Shown here: positions 9,004 to 20,564 of the stretch, in pieces
How the letters are laid out: every line of letters starts with the position of its first letter
Position numbering within the stretch: position 1 is the stretch's first letter
Origin: Sedimentisphaerales bacterium
GTDB taxonomy: Bacteria; Planctomycetota; Phycisphaerae; Sedimentisphaerales; SM23-30
Assembly: GCA_963666285.1 (NCBI GenBank)
Contig: OY762711.1
DNA length: 64,000 nt
Direction: 5' to 3' (one strand)
Notes under the pieces: generated by a model
The model's input: the letters and a program-made list of their open reading frames with translations, nothing else
What the model was told of the DNA's origin: nothing
Databases searched by the model: none
Made by a program: the position numbers and the translations under genes

Positions 9004-9040
9004 GGGGGGTCGTCAAATAACGGCCCCCCACTATTTTATA
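9004..9040 (+). terminator. Probable intrinsic terminator
   Basis: GGGGGTCGT-CAAATA-ACGGCCCCC hairpin followed by a T-rich tract. Confidence 0.5.
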
Positions 9041-9088
9041 GTGTATAATTTCAAATTATAAAGAAGCAGAAAAAAGAAAGATTGAAAT

Positions 9089-9451
9089 ATGAAAGTAGTA
9101 ATGTCAACAGATTCACAATACCTGGACGATGAGATTGCCGTTCGGTTCGGCAGAGGGAAATATCTTATCTTTCTAAATACCGAAACCGGAGAGTATGAAA
9201 CATATCCTAACCTGTATCTAAATTTAAAGGGCGAAGTAGATTCTCAACTGGTTAAATCCCTGTCCCGAAGGAAGATCCAAGAGGCAGTTTCCGGATACTG
9301 GTCAGAATTTGATAAGGCTTCCATGCAAAAAATGGGTATCAATACCGTATCAATACCAAAACTGTCCTGTTGCGATGCAATCTCACATCTCTACAAAATT
9401 AGTATTAACTATTGCAAGGATAATGAGAAAAAACCTGCTAATAACGGCTAA
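9089..9451 (+). CDS. NifB/NifX (dinitrogenase FeMo-cofactor biosynthesis-like) family protein
   Basis: MKVVMSTD...LDDEIAVRFGRGKYLIF matches the family's (H/R)FGR motif. Confidence 0.65.
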   Translation: MKVVMSTDSQYLDDEIAVRFGRGKYLIFLNTETGEYETYPNLYLNLKGEVDSQLVKSLSRRKIQEAVSGYWSEFDKASMQKMGINTVSIPKLSCCDAISHLYKISINYCKDNEKKPANNG

Positions 9452-9551
9452 CTGTTTTATTGAATACGAGTTCTAAATGCTTATTCAAACAGCACATACA
9501 TATAAACGTCAAACCTATTTACCCAGATAGCAGCTAAGCAGGCAGCCAATA

Positions 9552-10187
9552 CTATTTGCATTTACTGCCCCTGCCAACCAGGCTTTTACCGGCGGGTTTT
9601 GCCAGGCTACGATACAATGGGAATTCTCCCTCGTTAACAAAAAACACTTCTTCTACGGAATAAAGAGCATTAGGATTGTAATGCTTTATCTGGGCGACCA
9701 CGTTTTTAAGCTGCTTCCTGGGAACAATGGTAAAAATAAGATGGACCGGACCAGATGGGCCTTCAGCCGGTATACTGGTAATATTAAAACCAAAATCTCG
9801 CAACTTTTCGATCAGCTCGGTCGCGGGCACCTTTGTTATCACCCGGATAATAACCTCTCCCAAAGACATCTTGCTGGCAATAAACATACCCACATAATTA
9901 CCAATGGCAAAGCCCCCGGCATAAGCTATATAATAAATGGGATGATTAACGTCTTTGAAGATACGGCCGATAACGGTTACCCAGATCAATATTTCAAAGA
10001 AACCTATCACCGGAGCCCATAATTTATAGCCCTTGGAAACTAGAATAATCCTAACAGTACCAAAACTAACATCAGCAACACGAGCCAGACAAATGATCAG
10101 GGGCAACACTACCCAGGCATACCAGTTGAAACCAGTGTCTAGCAGCAAATTTGACATATAAGGCAATATCCACTCCTCAAGCTGCAT
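9552..10187 (-). CDS. DUF5698/DUF2179 (UPF0316) membrane protein
   Basis: ARVADVSFGTVRII, GFFEILIW and YAGGFAIGNYVG; start may be the internal Met (MSNLL). Confidence 0.85.
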   Translation of the reverse strand: MQLEEWILPYMSNLLLDTGFNWYAWVVLPLIICLARVADVSFGTVRIILVSKGYKLWAPVIGFFEILIWVTVIGRIFKDVNHPIYYIAYAGGFAIGNYVGMFIASKMSLGEVIIRVITKVPATELIEKLRDFGFNITSIPAEGPSGPVHLIFTIVPRKQLKNVVAQIKHYNPNALYSVEEVFFVNEGEFPLYRSLAKPAGKSLVGRGSKCK

Positions 10188-10231
10188 AAAATATGGGTTA
10201 AATTTATTATAAACAGAAAACAGGATAGCTG

Positions 10232-11170
10232 CTATTTTTGATCGGGCAGATTATAAGTCATAACTACCGGCAAATGATCACTGGCAACCTCGGCAATAGG
10301 ATCTTCGATCAACCTGATTGTCTCCAGCCTGTCCGACAGTTTTTCGCTCATAAATACATGATCAAGGAAAGAACGGTATGTCGGAGGCTTGATTTTGCAG
10401 TGATAACTGTTCTTGCCGGAATCCTGCAGTTTCTTTGTCGCACACTTTAACAGATGTTTACCTTCCAGAGCTCTAGCAACGGCATCGATACCGGCCTTTT
10501 CCTCATTCTTGTCCTTCCCAAAGCTATCGTTAAAGTCACCCTGCAGACAGACATAAATATCGCCCTGCTCAATATATTTTTCACAGATTTCTCGCAAAGT
10601 ATCAACCTGCCTGGCACGCCATTTCACTATATTTGCACTGTCATTATACTTACTCTTGGCATGGGTAGTTCCAACCCAGAGCATATTTCCGCCGGGTGTC
10701 TCAAACTTTACAAAAGCCGGACCGCGACCAAATAGATCGCTTGTACCGTCACGATACCCGGCATCTTTCATCTGGTAGTACTCGTCTATTTTAACAGGCT
10801 CAAATCCTTTTTTGGCCATCATTGCCAGCATCTGGGAATCGCTATTGCCATTAAATACCTTCACAAAGCTGTATTTGCCTTTAAGCATCTCATTGTTAAA
10901 TAGCTCAAGCATTTCCTGATCACAACATTCCTGGATACAGATAATATCTGGATCCATCTCAGGCAGGCTGATAACCCGGGCAACTTCATACTGATCTTCT
11001 TCATCTCGATAGAACTCGGTCATTTCCCGGCTTCGTTCAGGCATACGCTGCTGGTCAAACATCTTCATAAAATGCTCAACATTATAGGTCGCAACCTTGA
11101 CCTGTTCACCGTAAACGTTTACAGTCAAGAGAGATAAAATAACTATTAAAATCTGTTGTAATATTTTCAT
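10232..11170 (-). CDS. Exported endonuclease/exonuclease/phosphatase family protein
   Basis: Signal peptide; ATYNVEH, ICIQE, GDFND, LDHVF and ASDHLPV motifs. Confidence 0.9.
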   Translation of the reverse strand: MKILQQILIVILSLLTVNVYGEQVKVATYNVEHFMKMFDQQRMPERSREMTEFYRDEEDQYEVARVISLPEMDPDIICIQECCDQEMLELFNNEMLKGKYSFVKVFNGNSDSQMLAMMAKKGFEPVKIDEYYQMKDAGYRDGTSDLFGRGPAFVKFETPGGNMLWVGTTHAKSKYNDSANIVKWRARQVDTLREICEKYIEQGDIYVCLQGDFNDSFGKDKNEEKAGIDAVARALEGKHLLKCATKKLQDSGKNSYHCKIKPPTYRSFLDHVFMSEKLSDRLETIRLIEDPIAEVASDHLPVVMTYNLPDQK

Positions 11171-11381
11171 TCTGCGCTCCGGTAGGGAAAAACTAGCATT
11201 TTTGCACTCTTATTCAAACATTGCATTTTGAATGTAATAACATACATGAAAGGATATTCAAATACCAGTGTTTCTTCAAGAAAATATCATCATAGAGCAA
11301 CAAAAACGTGCAACAGATAATACAAAGTAACAACAAATATAAACTGGAAGTATCCGAATCACCGGTATATATTTTTATCAA

Positions 11382-13787
11382 CTAAAGCTCAACAAGACAA
11401 TCTTTGAAGCCAGCCCCGGTAATTGTAACCTTACCCCTGGATGATAGATCTTTGCATTGTATATACAGCAATAGTCGCCCACCCTGACAATTGTGAACAT
11501 TATCCTTGAAGTTAACTCTCGGATCGTTAGAGCCGTCTTCTGAGCCCAGCAGCCGCAAATTATCTGACACTTCAAATTTAAGCTCATTATTGGCAAAAGG
11601 CACAAGTCTGCCCTGTTCGTCGACAATCTCAATCTCAACCTGGGCTACCTGACGCTCAGCAGTAAATGAATCAACATCCGAGACCGCTTTGATCGCAGCA
11701 GGCTCACCTACAGTTTCCAGCTTGCATGCTGCCTGCTGCTTACCATCGTTATAGGCAATAACTTCCAGAGTACCGGGCATATAGTCAAGTTCCCACCAGA
11801 TCATTGCCTTTTCGGTATCATAAGGCTTGCGTGGGCCAACAATAATGCCATTAAGTTTCAGCTCGGCTTCCTGGCAATTGGTAAAGCATACCACTCTCAC
11901 CTTGTCACCTTCGTTATAATTCCACGCGGGAAAAACCCACATAGACGGCCCGCGATCGCGTCTGCCAATGCGACTTGTGCCAATATAGGCCATAGGTTCC
12001 TCTGCCCAGAGTGATTTTCGGAAATATGCACTCGATTTAAGGTTACCGGCCCTGTCAAGCAGCCCGGTAGTAAAGCCGCGGGAAGGCCATCGCCCCGCTT
12101 CGCCCAGATAGTCAATACCGGTCCAGAGAAACTGACCCATGATAAAATCATTATCAGTAACAGACCGCCAGGCATTGAGATCATGCCGGTTTTCACTGCC
12201 GTAAAGGATACGTTTCGGATACTTCTCATGATCGATTTCATATCGATTCTCGGTATAATTATAGCCCACCACATCCAGAACAAACGGATACCGGGTATAG
12301 TTCGACATTACCGCACCGGCCAATGCCGCGGTAACAGGACGAGACTTATCATATTGCTTGACAACCTCAACCAGCTCAGTGGCTATCTCACCCAGTCGAT
12401 TGGCATGCGGCTGCGTTTTTTGATACCCGGCTGTATGGATCTGGCCTATTCCTTCTTGATCAAGTACATCATGAGTATATGGGTCGTTTGGATAGTCGAT
12501 CTCATTGCCGATACTCCACATTATTATGCTCGGGTGATTGCGGTCGCGACGCACCATATCGGCCAGATCCTGCTTACACCATTGCCTGAAATAATTGGCA
12601 CTGCCCTGGAATCCAGGCTCGCCGACATTCCAGCCCTGAAGCCATTTTTTCTTGGGATATTCCCATTCATCAAAAGCCTCATCCATTACCAGCAGGCCGA
12701 TCTCATCACATATGTCATATACATCGGTCGCCTGCGGATTATGGCTCATGCGAATGGCATTACAGCCGATACTTTTAAGATTCTCCAGCCGCCGACGCCA
12801 TACCTCTTTTGGCACCGCAGCACCCAGGCAGCCCGCATCATGATGGATACACACACCCTTGAACTTCATTGGTTTATCGTTCAGAGCAAACCCTTTGTCT
12901 GCATCGAATGTAAGCTTACGAATTCCAATTTTGGTCTCAACTATATCAACTATTTTTCCGTTATCATACAGAGATGTCTTCCAAGTATAAAGATACGGAG
13001 AATCCAGGCTCCAAAGCTTAGGGTTTTCTATTTCGAAATTATGGGCAATTCTTACTTTTTTACTGAATGACAGTTTGGAAAAAGCATCACTAACTCGATC
13101 GCCCGATTCATCAAAAAGCTCCTGGGAAAGACCAACCGATGTTTCAACGCCCTGCTCTTTATTGCTATTGACAATTTCAGTTTCAACATTAATTATTGCA
13201 GAATCACCTTCAACCTCGGCCGAATAGCTTATCCCCCATTGATCAATATGAACCTGATCGGCATAAACCAGGTAAACATCTCGATAGATACCGGAGCCGG
13301 TATACCACCGGGAATCGGCCTCTTTGCTATGGTCTACTCTCACTGCCATTGCATTCCTGCCGCCGAAATTAATATATGGCGTCAGGTCGTACATAAATGA
13401 AATATAGCCGTTCGGACGGATGCCAAGCCATTTGCCATTAATGAAAACTTCGCTATTGTTATAGACTCCCTCAAAGTACACATACACTTTCTGCCCTTTC
13501 CTGTCAGCCGGTATATCGAGATCCTTGCGATACCATGCTATGCCGCCGGGCAGATAGCCGGTACAGCTATACAACTCCTGACTGGCAGTGCCTTCCACAG
13601 ACCAGTCATGCGGCAAATCAACCTTACGCCAGTCAGAATGGTCCAGAAACTCCCGCCCGCCATATTTCAGATCTCCCAGGTGGAACGACCAGTTGTCATT
13701 TAGAAGATGCCTTTCGCCAAAGCCTTGCGCCACAAGAGATAATGACAAAGACAACAAAACGATTACAGATGTGAAATACCTACTCAT
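11382..13787 (-). CDS. Glycoside hydrolase family 2 (beta-galactosidase-like)
   Basis: VDLPHDWS, SRWYTGSGIYR, GVCIHHD, AIRMSHNP, RDRNHPSIIMWSIGNE and WTGIDYLGE; signal peptide. Confidence 0.95.
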   Translation of the reverse strand: MSRYFTSVIVLLSLSLSLVAQGFGERHLLNDNWSFHLGDLKYGGREFLDHSDWRKVDLPHDWSVEGTASQELYSCTGYLPGGIAWYRKDLDIPADRKGQKVYVYFEGVYNNSEVFINGKWLGIRPNGYISFMYDLTPYINFGGRNAMAVRVDHSKEADSRWYTGSGIYRDVYLVYADQVHIDQWGISYSAEVEGDSAIINVETEIVNSNKEQGVETSVGLSQELFDESGDRVSDAFSKLSFSKKVRIAHNFEIENPKLWSLDSPYLYTWKTSLYDNGKIVDIVETKIGIRKLTFDADKGFALNDKPMKFKGVCIHHDAGCLGAAVPKEVWRRRLENLKSIGCNAIRMSHNPQATDVYDICDEIGLLVMDEAFDEWEYPKKKWLQGWNVGEPGFQGSANYFRQWCKQDLADMVRRDRNHPSIIMWSIGNEIDYPNDPYTHDVLDQEGIGQIHTAGYQKTQPHANRLGEIATELVEVVKQYDKSRPVTAALAGAVMSNYTRYPFVLDVVGYNYTENRYEIDHEKYPKRILYGSENRHDLNAWRSVTDNDFIMGQFLWTGIDYLGEAGRWPSRGFTTGLLDRAGNLKSSAYFRKSLWAEEPMAYIGTSRIGRRDRGPSMWVFPAWNYNEGDKVRVVCFTNCQEAELKLNGIIVGPRKPYDTEKAMIWWELDYMPGTLEVIAYNDGKQQAACKLETVGEPAAIKAVSDVDSFTAERQVAQVEIEIVDEQGRLVPFANNELKFEVSDNLRLLGSEDGSNDPRVNFKDNVHNCQGGRLLLYIQCKDLSSRGKVTITGAGFKDCLVEL

Positions 13788-13941
13788 AATCAATACCTTC
13801 CCGGAAATGTCCGTTAACAACTCTCACCCACAAATGGTACCACCAGTTTTTGAGTAAAATCAAGCTTTCCATTGTGACATTACGTTTATATAATGCTAAT
13901 AAATATTACATAAATTACCACCTAAAAATGGAGACTATACT

Positions 13942-14391
13942 TTGTCAAACATAGAAGAAATAAAAAGCCAGGTCAAGCAGCTCTGCGATTCTCAATCGCT
14001 GGCGGCATTGTCAACCTGCTGCGAAGACCAGCCCTACGGCAGCCTGGTAGGGTTTGTAGCGTCCAACTGCCTGAAAGAGATTATCTTTGCCACCTTGGAC
14101 AATACCAGCAAATTTGAAAACATTAAGAACAATCCCAAAGTTGCTCTTCTGGTAGACAATCGCAATAATAAAGCAGAAGATTTTGAAGAGGCCGCATCTG
14201 TTACTGCTGTCGGCAAAGCTGAAATTATTGAACCGGACCAGAAAGACCTGCACGCCGAGTTCCTGCTCGAAAAACTGCCGGAGCTAAAGGAATTCGTCGA
14301 AATGGAGCATTGTGTGCTGGTCGCTGTTGCTATCGAAAAATATGTAATGGTCAACGGCATACACGATGTCCAGACACTGAAAATGAAATAA
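13942..14391 (+). CDS. Pyridoxamine 5'-phosphate oxidase-like (FMN-binding split barrel) protein
   Basis: GGAG RBS with TTG start; QPYGSLV and TSKFENIKNNPKVALLVD. Confidence 0.8.
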   Translation: MSNIEEIKSQVKQLCDSQSLAALSTCCEDQPYGSLVGFVASNCLKEIIFATLDNTSKFENIKNNPKVALLVDNRNNKAEDFEEAASVTAVGKAEIIEPDQKDLHAEFLLEKLPELKEFVEMEHCVLVAVAIEKYVMVNGIHDVQTLKMK

Positions 14392-14411
14392 TTCCTAATA
14401 AAGGAGCTGTA

Positions 14412-14714
14412 ATGTTAATACACAATGTATATTTTACACTTAACGATCCAACCGAAGATAATATCGCTAAACTGATCGCAGAAGCCGAAAAATACCTTAA
14501 GTCAAATTCCGGACTGGTACATTTTGCTGTCGGCAAACTGGCAAAGGAATACAACCGACCTGTTAACGACCATAGCTATGATGTCTGCCTGAATACTGTA
14601 TTCAAAGACAAACAGGCTCACGATGAATACCAGGTATGTGCCGAACACAAACAATTCATCGCTAATAACAAAGACGGCTGGAAAACTGTCCGCGTTTGCG
14701 ATTCTGAGTGCTGA
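14412..14714 (+). CDS. Dabb family stress-responsive A/B barrel protein
   Basis: AAGGAG RBS; HNVYFTL, YDVCLNTVF and HDEYQVCAEH. Confidence 0.85.
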   Translation: MLIHNVYFTLNDPTEDNIAKLIAEAEKYLKSNSGLVHFAVGKLAKEYNRPVNDHSYDVCLNTVFKDKQAHDEYQVCAEHKQFIANNKDGWKTVRVCDSEC

Positions 14715-14835
14715 TCGAATAACACAAAACATCAAAGAGCATAAATAATTGAAAAAATCAGTTATGTTCTGTTAACTCCTGAAAGTGTATGATGCCCAAC
14801 ACCTCTCAAACTGGCCATTAGTCAGTTTGAGTGCC

Positions 14836-17517
14836 TTACCATGTAGACGGTTTGGAAAATGTCCGGAAGGTGGTAACCTCAACCTTATCAGGATTTCGTT
14901 CGGCCCATGATTTTGCGGCATTAATCATCTGTTCGTTGCCGGAATTTAGAAACCGGTTAGCCATATCGATCTTAAAGCTGAAATCATGATATTCTTCCTC
15001 TTTCATCTGGTTAAAGCAGCTTATCACCGGCGAAACCAGCTCTTTTACTCGGCCTGATATTGTTAAACGGATAACAATATTAGCACTTGCCGAATTTGGC
15101 ACCAGTTTCGCCCTTATCAGCGATTTCATTGAGCTGCTGCGGTTCCAGACATTTACAAAATCTTTCGGTTTGTCTGAATATATCGCCTCCGCCAGCAGTT
15201 CCGGCTCTGTCTTAGGGCTAAAGCCTAAATCATCATACAGCAGCTGCCGCTGTTTCTTACTGATCCGCCAGTTAACGAACCTGTCATGCAAAATATCTTT
15301 TATCTCTTTATTGCCCCAAGCTGCAAGAACTACTGCCGGTCCGTCGCTATACCGCTGCTTGTATATCTTCATAACCTGATCTTCATCAGTTTTTTCCAGC
15401 CTGGCAAGTTTATCCCAGTCTCCTTTCGCCATATAATAATACAGTTTCTCCTGGTTGGTCTTAGGCTGATATCTGAACTTATCCAGCAGCATTACAATGT
15501 CAGCGGATTCATTCCTCCCCAGCTTCAATAGCGGCACAAGCAGTTCAACCTCCTCGGCCCTGCAGAATTTTTTCAGCAGATTAAATACTTCATCCTCGGC
15601 AAACCAGGAATTTGCCCCTGCCAGATAATCGACTATCGGTTTTACCGAATCAATCTCTTTATATGCATATAACCCTTTGACCGCATCTCTTTTCAAGGCC
15701 GGCTCTGCTATAGACATTAGCAGTATCTTAGCCGAGTCAGGACTATAATATCCCACCGCTTTTTTGAAAATGCCTCTCTTTTCAAAATATGAAAGTTCGT
15801 TATACCTTTCAACAACTTTGGGAATAATGTCTTTTGCGTCCAGCTGGTCAACATTATTTCGCCCGGCAAAACCCATCGGGGCATCTACTATCATATCAGC
15901 CAGCATTTCAGCTGCCTTGGGATTATCCGAATAACTAATAGCCTTAAAAGCTTCATCCTGATAAGACCTGTCAGACTCGACAAATTTCTTCAACACATCC
16001 AATGAATATTCATCACCCAGGTAGCCCAGCGAATCAATCGCCGCCTGAACAACTCTTCTATCGGGATTATAAAGTTTCTTTTCGATAGCTTTATACGCAG
16101 ATCTTGACTTGATCATTCTAAGAGCCCGACCGGCAGCAACCCTCACATCATGTTCATTTTGGGTTTCCTGAAGTTCGTTCAAAAGCGGCCTGATAGATTT
16201 AGTCGTCCCTATTTTACCTAACGCCTCGATAGCTGCTATTTTTATATCTGTCCAGTCAATCGGCAATTCCTGTACAACCGGCTCCTGCTGAACAACAGGA
16301 CCGGCCCCAGTTTCTGTTTCTGTCTCCTGCTCCGGTTCCTCACTGGCTCTCCTGTTATTTCGGCCAGACATCTTTGCCAGTCTCTCTCTTAAGGCCGCGG
16401 CCCGGCTATTACTACCAAACCTGCTCTCCGGGCTGTCGCCGGCACTATTAGCAACTTTTTCTGAGCTGTTATCTAAGGTTCCGGCTTGTTCTTTTTCAAC
16501 TTTCGCCTTTTTATTTGCTGCTGAATCAGGAAGCGGTTTACCGTCATTGTATTTTGCCTGCAGCTGCGGGGACAAATCGGCTATGGCATCTGTTATATAA
16601 AAAGTAACTGCCGGGTCTTCCAGTTTATGAATAGCCTCAATCGCGGCTATCTTAATATCCATGTCATCGCTATCCAGAAGCTCAATCAATGGCTCAAGAC
16701 CATGATCTTCACCAAAACTATCCAACGCTTCCTGGGCTTTGCGTTTGTCAAAGACATCCCCGTCTTTAATGATCTGGTTTAGAACATAAACCGCGGCATA
16801 AGTACCCTGCCTTTGTAATGCTTCTATTATATCATCAGAATACAAACGACTCTTCTGCTTCATGTCATAAAGCTTTTGGGCCGCGATGGGTTCTTTAAGA
16901 TAGCTCAAAACTTGAACAAGCTCTCTATCCCGGAATTTTGATGACATTATTATCTTATCGAACGCCTCAACTGCCTCTTTGCCGCCGATTTGCCCGATCG
17001 CATCTAATATCTGCGGGCGTAGATTAATAGCGTTACGATCTGTCAAAAATGTTTTTACCAGGTAGTTTATCGCTCTGTCATCGTTAGTTCGGGCCAATTC
17101 GGCAATCGCCTGTTCTTTCTCTAGTATGCCGCCTTTCTGCAATTTCGAAATAATAACGCGAAGTTCTTTAGAATCTATCCGGGTATATGGCTTGGGGGTG
17201 TACCCTCCGGCTACCCGGTACTTTGCTTCTATTACCTCAGGCGGATCAGCAGCAGCCTCCTCGTTTGCCTGGCTCGCTGAATTGCCGTCAGCCGAAGATT
17301 TCCTTACTGATTCTGGTGACAAAATCTCCCTAAGTGGTTCAATTGCGCGAGGATCTTTTAACTCTCCCAGCTCAAAAATTGCTGTTTGGACCACCTTAAG
17401 ATTCTGGTCGGTTAGCTTAGCAATCTCATCATCAACCTGATCAGCCAAAGAAAAGCAAGGTAATAAAACTAAAGCTAAAGCAATAATATAAATAGACTTA
17501 AATACACTTATCAACAT
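14836..17517 (-). CDS. Exported HEAT-repeat protein
   Basis: Signal peptide; repeated AIxALGxIG/DPRAIEPL-type HEAT units with low-complexity linkers. Confidence 0.8.
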   Translation of the reverse strand: MLISVFKSIYIIALALVLLPCFSLADQVDDEIAKLTDQNLKVVQTAIFELGELKDPRAIEPLREILSPESVRKSSADGNSASQANEEAAADPPEVIEAKYRVAGGYTPKPYTRIDSKELRVIISKLQKGGILEKEQAIAELARTNDDRAINYLVKTFLTDRNAINLRPQILDAIGQIGGKEAVEAFDKIIMSSKFRDRELVQVLSYLKEPIAAQKLYDMKQKSRLYSDDIIEALQRQGTYAAVYVLNQIIKDGDVFDKRKAQEALDSFGEDHGLEPLIELLDSDDMDIKIAAIEAIHKLEDPAVTFYITDAIADLSPQLQAKYNDGKPLPDSAANKKAKVEKEQAGTLDNSSEKVANSAGDSPESRFGSNSRAAALRERLAKMSGRNNRRASEEPEQETETETGAGPVVQQEPVVQELPIDWTDIKIAAIEALGKIGTTKSIRPLLNELQETQNEHDVRVAAGRALRMIKSRSAYKAIEKKLYNPDRRVVQAAIDSLGYLGDEYSLDVLKKFVESDRSYQDEAFKAISYSDNPKAAEMLADMIVDAPMGFAGRNNVDQLDAKDIIPKVVERYNELSYFEKRGIFKKAVGYYSPDSAKILLMSIAEPALKRDAVKGLYAYKEIDSVKPIVDYLAGANSWFAEDEVFNLLKKFCRAEEVELLVPLLKLGRNESADIVMLLDKFRYQPKTNQEKLYYYMAKGDWDKLARLEKTDEDQVMKIYKQRYSDGPAVVLAAWGNKEIKDILHDRFVNWRISKKQRQLLYDDLGFSPKTEPELLAEAIYSDKPKDFVNVWNRSSSMKSLIRAKLVPNSASANIVIRLTISGRVKELVSPVISCFNQMKEEEYHDFSFKIDMANRFLNSGNEQMINAAKSWAERNPDKVEVTTFRTFSKPSTW

Positions 17518-17743
17518 ATATACCTCAATCAAAACTTATGCATACTTAATATTAAGCCATAGGAAGAACACCATTTTTATTGTAGTCTATAAGTGGTTAA
17601 ATGACAAGTATTAGGGTGAAATTTACTATTTTTATACCGATTTGACAGCCACTGATATAAAAACCTTCAGCAATATACCCTATCAAACTGTAATTCAACT
17701 TGAAATATAGTGAAAACAAAGGATTACGAATGATATTTAATAC

Positions 17744-17772
17744 TTGCTATGATAGCAGGTTAGGTGTAAAAT
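17744..17772 (+). promoter_or_regulatory. sigma70 promoter of ahcY
   Basis: TTGCTA-N17-TAAAAT. Confidence 0.45.
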
Positions 17773-17827
17773 TTTGGGTTTAATGGAGGTTTATACACTC
17801 AAACCATAAATGAACGGAGTTGATACA

Positions 17828-19138
17828 ATGACAACAAATACACAGGATTACAAAGTAGCAGATATTTCACTGGCAGAATGGGGCCGCAAAGAAATTCAGA
17901 TAGCAGAAAAAGAAATGCCGGGATTAATGGCAATTCGCGAAAAATGTAAAGCTAATCAGCCGTTAAAGGGAGCTCGTATATGCGGCTGTATTCACATGAC
18001 TATCCAGACAGCGGTATTGATCGAAACCCTGATCGATCTGGGAGCCGAGGTTCGCTGGTCAAGTTGTAATATCTTTTCAACCCAGGACCATGCCGCAGCT
18101 GCTATAGCCGCAGCAGGCGTACCGGTTTTTGCCTGGAAAGGTGAAACCGAAGAAGAATATGAATGGTGCGTAGAGCAGACTATCAACTGGCCGGATGGTA
18201 AAGGGCCTAATATGCTGCTGGACGATGGCGGCGACCTGACCAATATGATGCACAGTGACAAATATAAACACCTGATGGCTAACGTCAATGGTGTTTCAGA
18301 AGAAACAACAACCGGTGTGCATAACCTGGAAAAAATGGTAAAAAATGGGACTCTGCTGTGCCCTGCTATCAATGTCAACGACTCTGTAACAAAGAGTAAA
18401 TTTGATAATAAATACGGCTGCCGTGAATCACTCGCTGACGGCATCAAACGTGCTACCGATGTTATGCTGGCCGGTAAAACAGTTATTGTTGCCGGTTATG
18501 GAGATGTCGGTAAAGGCTGTGCCCAGTCAATGGCATCATACGGTTCGAGAGTTATTGTTACCGAGATTGATCCTATCTGTGCCCTGCAGGCGGCAATGGA
18601 AGGTTTCAAAGTAGTAACAATGGATGAAGCGTTAAAAGAAGGTGATATCTTTGTTACCACTACCGGATGCTGCGATGTTATTACTGCTGACCATATGTCT
18701 AAAATGAAAGACCAGGCGATTGTTTGTAATATCGGCCACTTTGATATTGAAATTGACGTCGCCGGACTAAAGGCAACTCCCGGCATAGTCAAAACCGAGA
18801 TCAAACCTCAGGTTGACATGTGGACCTACCCTGACGGACATTGCATTATCCTGCTGGCTGAAGGTCGACTGGTGAATCTGGGCTGTGCAACAGGCCATCC
18901 TTCATTTGTTATGAGTAACTCATTCACAAACCAGACCCTGGCACAAATTGAGCTGTATACCAACGGCGAAAAATATGAAAACAAGGTTTACACATTACCG
19001 AAGAAACTGGACGAAGAAGTTGCCCGGCTGCACCTGGCCCAACTTGGTGTAAAACTGGAAACACTTACCCCAAAACAGTCAGATTATCTTAATCTGCCTA
19101 AAGAAGGTCCATACAAACCGGAACATTACAGATATTAA
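17828..19138 (+). CDS. ahcY: Adenosylhomocysteinase
   Basis: [33 protein letters not shown] and [14 protein letters not shown]. Confidence 0.98.
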   Translation: MTTNTQDYKVADISLAEWGRKEIQIAEKEMPGLMAIREKCKANQPLKGARICGCIHMTIQTAVLIETLIDLGAEVRWSSCNIFSTQDHAAAAIAAAGVPVFAWKGETEEEYEWCVEQTINWPDGKGPNMLLDDGGDLTNMMHSDKYKHLMANVNGVSEETTTGVHNLEKMVKNGTLLCPAINVNDSVTKSKFDNKYGCRESLADGIKRATDVMLAGKTVIVAGYGDVGKGCAQSMASYGSRVIVTEIDPICALQAAMEGFKVVTMDEALKEGDIFVTTTGCCDVITADHMSKMKDQAIVCNIGHFDIEIDVAGLKATPGIVKTEIKPQVDMWTYPDGHCIILLAEGRLVNLGCATGHPSFVMSNSFTNQTLAQIELYTNGEKYENKVYTLPKKLDEEVARLHLAQLGVKLETLTPKQSDYLNLPKEGPYKPEHYRY

Positions 19139-19263
19139 TATACATTTCACTAACATATACATGTAATGTATAGAACCACGAGCAAAGAGTATTTGTACTT
19201 GCTGCTCTCGAATTTGGATAAAGCATAACGCAATTAAAGCTGCAATAAAGCAGGATTATAAAA

Positions 19264-20532
19264 ATGATTGATATTAAATTATTAAGAAACGAGCCGGATA
19301 TCTTTAAGAAAGCCTGTGCTGATAAAGGATATGAAGATAAAGTCGACGAGCTGCTCGCTCTCGATTCTGACATCAGAAAATTCAAACAGGAGCTGCAGGA
19401 TATTGTCACTGAAAAAAATTCAGCAGGTAAAACAATCGCTAAATTGAAAGACCCTGCTGAAAAAAAGGCTGCTATTGAGAAAATGAACTCAATGAAAGGC
19501 CGTGAAAAAGAGCTCGGCGATATCCTGGCTGATTTGGACCCCAAACTTGAGCAGATGCTGCTGAGAATGCCTCAGCCCTGCAGCCCGGAAAGCCCCGTAG
19601 GCAAGGATGAATCCTGTAATGTTGAACGCCGTCAGGTTGGCCAAATTCGCAAATTCGACTTCGAACCGAAAGATCATATTGAACTTGGCACCACGCTTGG
19701 GATAATCGACCTCGAACGAGGTGTTAAACTGGCCGGCTCCAGGAACTATGTACTGAAAGGTGCCGGATGCATGCTGCATCGTGCCGTTATGAACCTGGCT
19801 CACGACACTATGGTAGCCAAGGGTTTCGAACCGTTATCTGTGCCGGTTGCTACCCGTGAAGAAACTTTCATGGGTACCGGATGGTTCCCGGAAGGCAAAG
19901 AACAGGTTTACCATGTTACCGCTGACGACCTGTTCCTTGTCGGTACTGCCGAAGTCCCTGTTACTAGTCTCCACAGCGGCGAGATACTTGACCTCGAACA
20001 GCTGCCCATGAAATACGTTGCCCAGAGCCTGTGTTTCAGACGTGAAGCAGGCGCTGCCGGCAAAGACACCGCCGGGCTCTATCGCGTTCACCAGTTTGAA
20101 AAGGTCGAACAGGTTATCATCTGTAAAAACGAACCGGCTGAATCTGAAAAATGGCTGCAAACAATTGTGGCAAACTCTGAAGAAGTTATGCAGAAGCTGG
20201 AACTGCCCTACCGCGTCCTGGAGATTTGTACCGGCGATATGGGCATGGCAAAATACCGTATGTATGATATCGAAACCTGGATGCCTAGCAGAAATGCCTA
20301 CAGCGAAACACATTCTGCCAGTAACCTGCACGAATTCCAGGCTCGCAGGCTAAACTTGCGATATAGAGACGAAAACGGCAGAGTTCAGTTCTGTCACACA
20401 TTAAACAACACCGTTGTTGCTTCTCCGCGAATCCTGATAGCATTGATAGAGATGTATCAAAATCAGGATGGTTCTATTACTATCCCGGAAGCATTAAAAC
20501 CATACATGTGCGGAATAGAAAAAATTGGCTAG
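19264..20532 (+). CDS. serS: Serine--tRNA ligase
   Basis: N-terminal coiled coil; GTAEVP, FRREAG, YRVHQFEKVEQ and HTLNNT. Confidence 0.98.
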   Translation: MIDIKLLRNEPDIFKKACADKGYEDKVDELLALDSDIRKFKQELQDIVTEKNSAGKTIAKLKDPAEKKAAIEKMNSMKGREKELGDILADLDPKLEQMLLRMPQPCSPESPVGKDESCNVERRQVGQIRKFDFEPKDHIELGTTLGIIDLERGVKLAGSRNYVLKGAGCMLHRAVMNLAHDTMVAKGFEPLSVPVATREETFMGTGWFPEGKEQVYHVTADDLFLVGTAEVPVTSLHSGEILDLEQLPMKYVAQSLCFRREAGAAGKDTAGLYRVHQFEKVEQVIICKNEPAESEKWLQTIVANSEEVMQKLELPYRVLEICTGDMGMAKYRMYDIETWMPSRNAYSETHSASNLHEFQARRLNLRYRDENGRVQFCHTLNNTVVASPRILIALIEMYQNQDGSITIPEALKPYMCGIEKIG

Positions 20533-20564
20533 CAGCCGACTCCCCAAATAAACCAAAAAGTCTT

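Noticed and set aside
8603..9031. Antisense ORFs with AAFFTAFLAALG repeats
   Set aside because: Shadow frames of the histone-like repeat gene; the RBS and promoter support the + strand ORF.
12183..13070. 295-aa + strand ORF
   Set aside because: Antisense shadow of the GH2 gene.
17560..17827. SAH/SAM riboswitch upstream of ahcY
   Set aside because: No recognisable conserved motif; the region is AT-rich with a plain sigma70 promoter.
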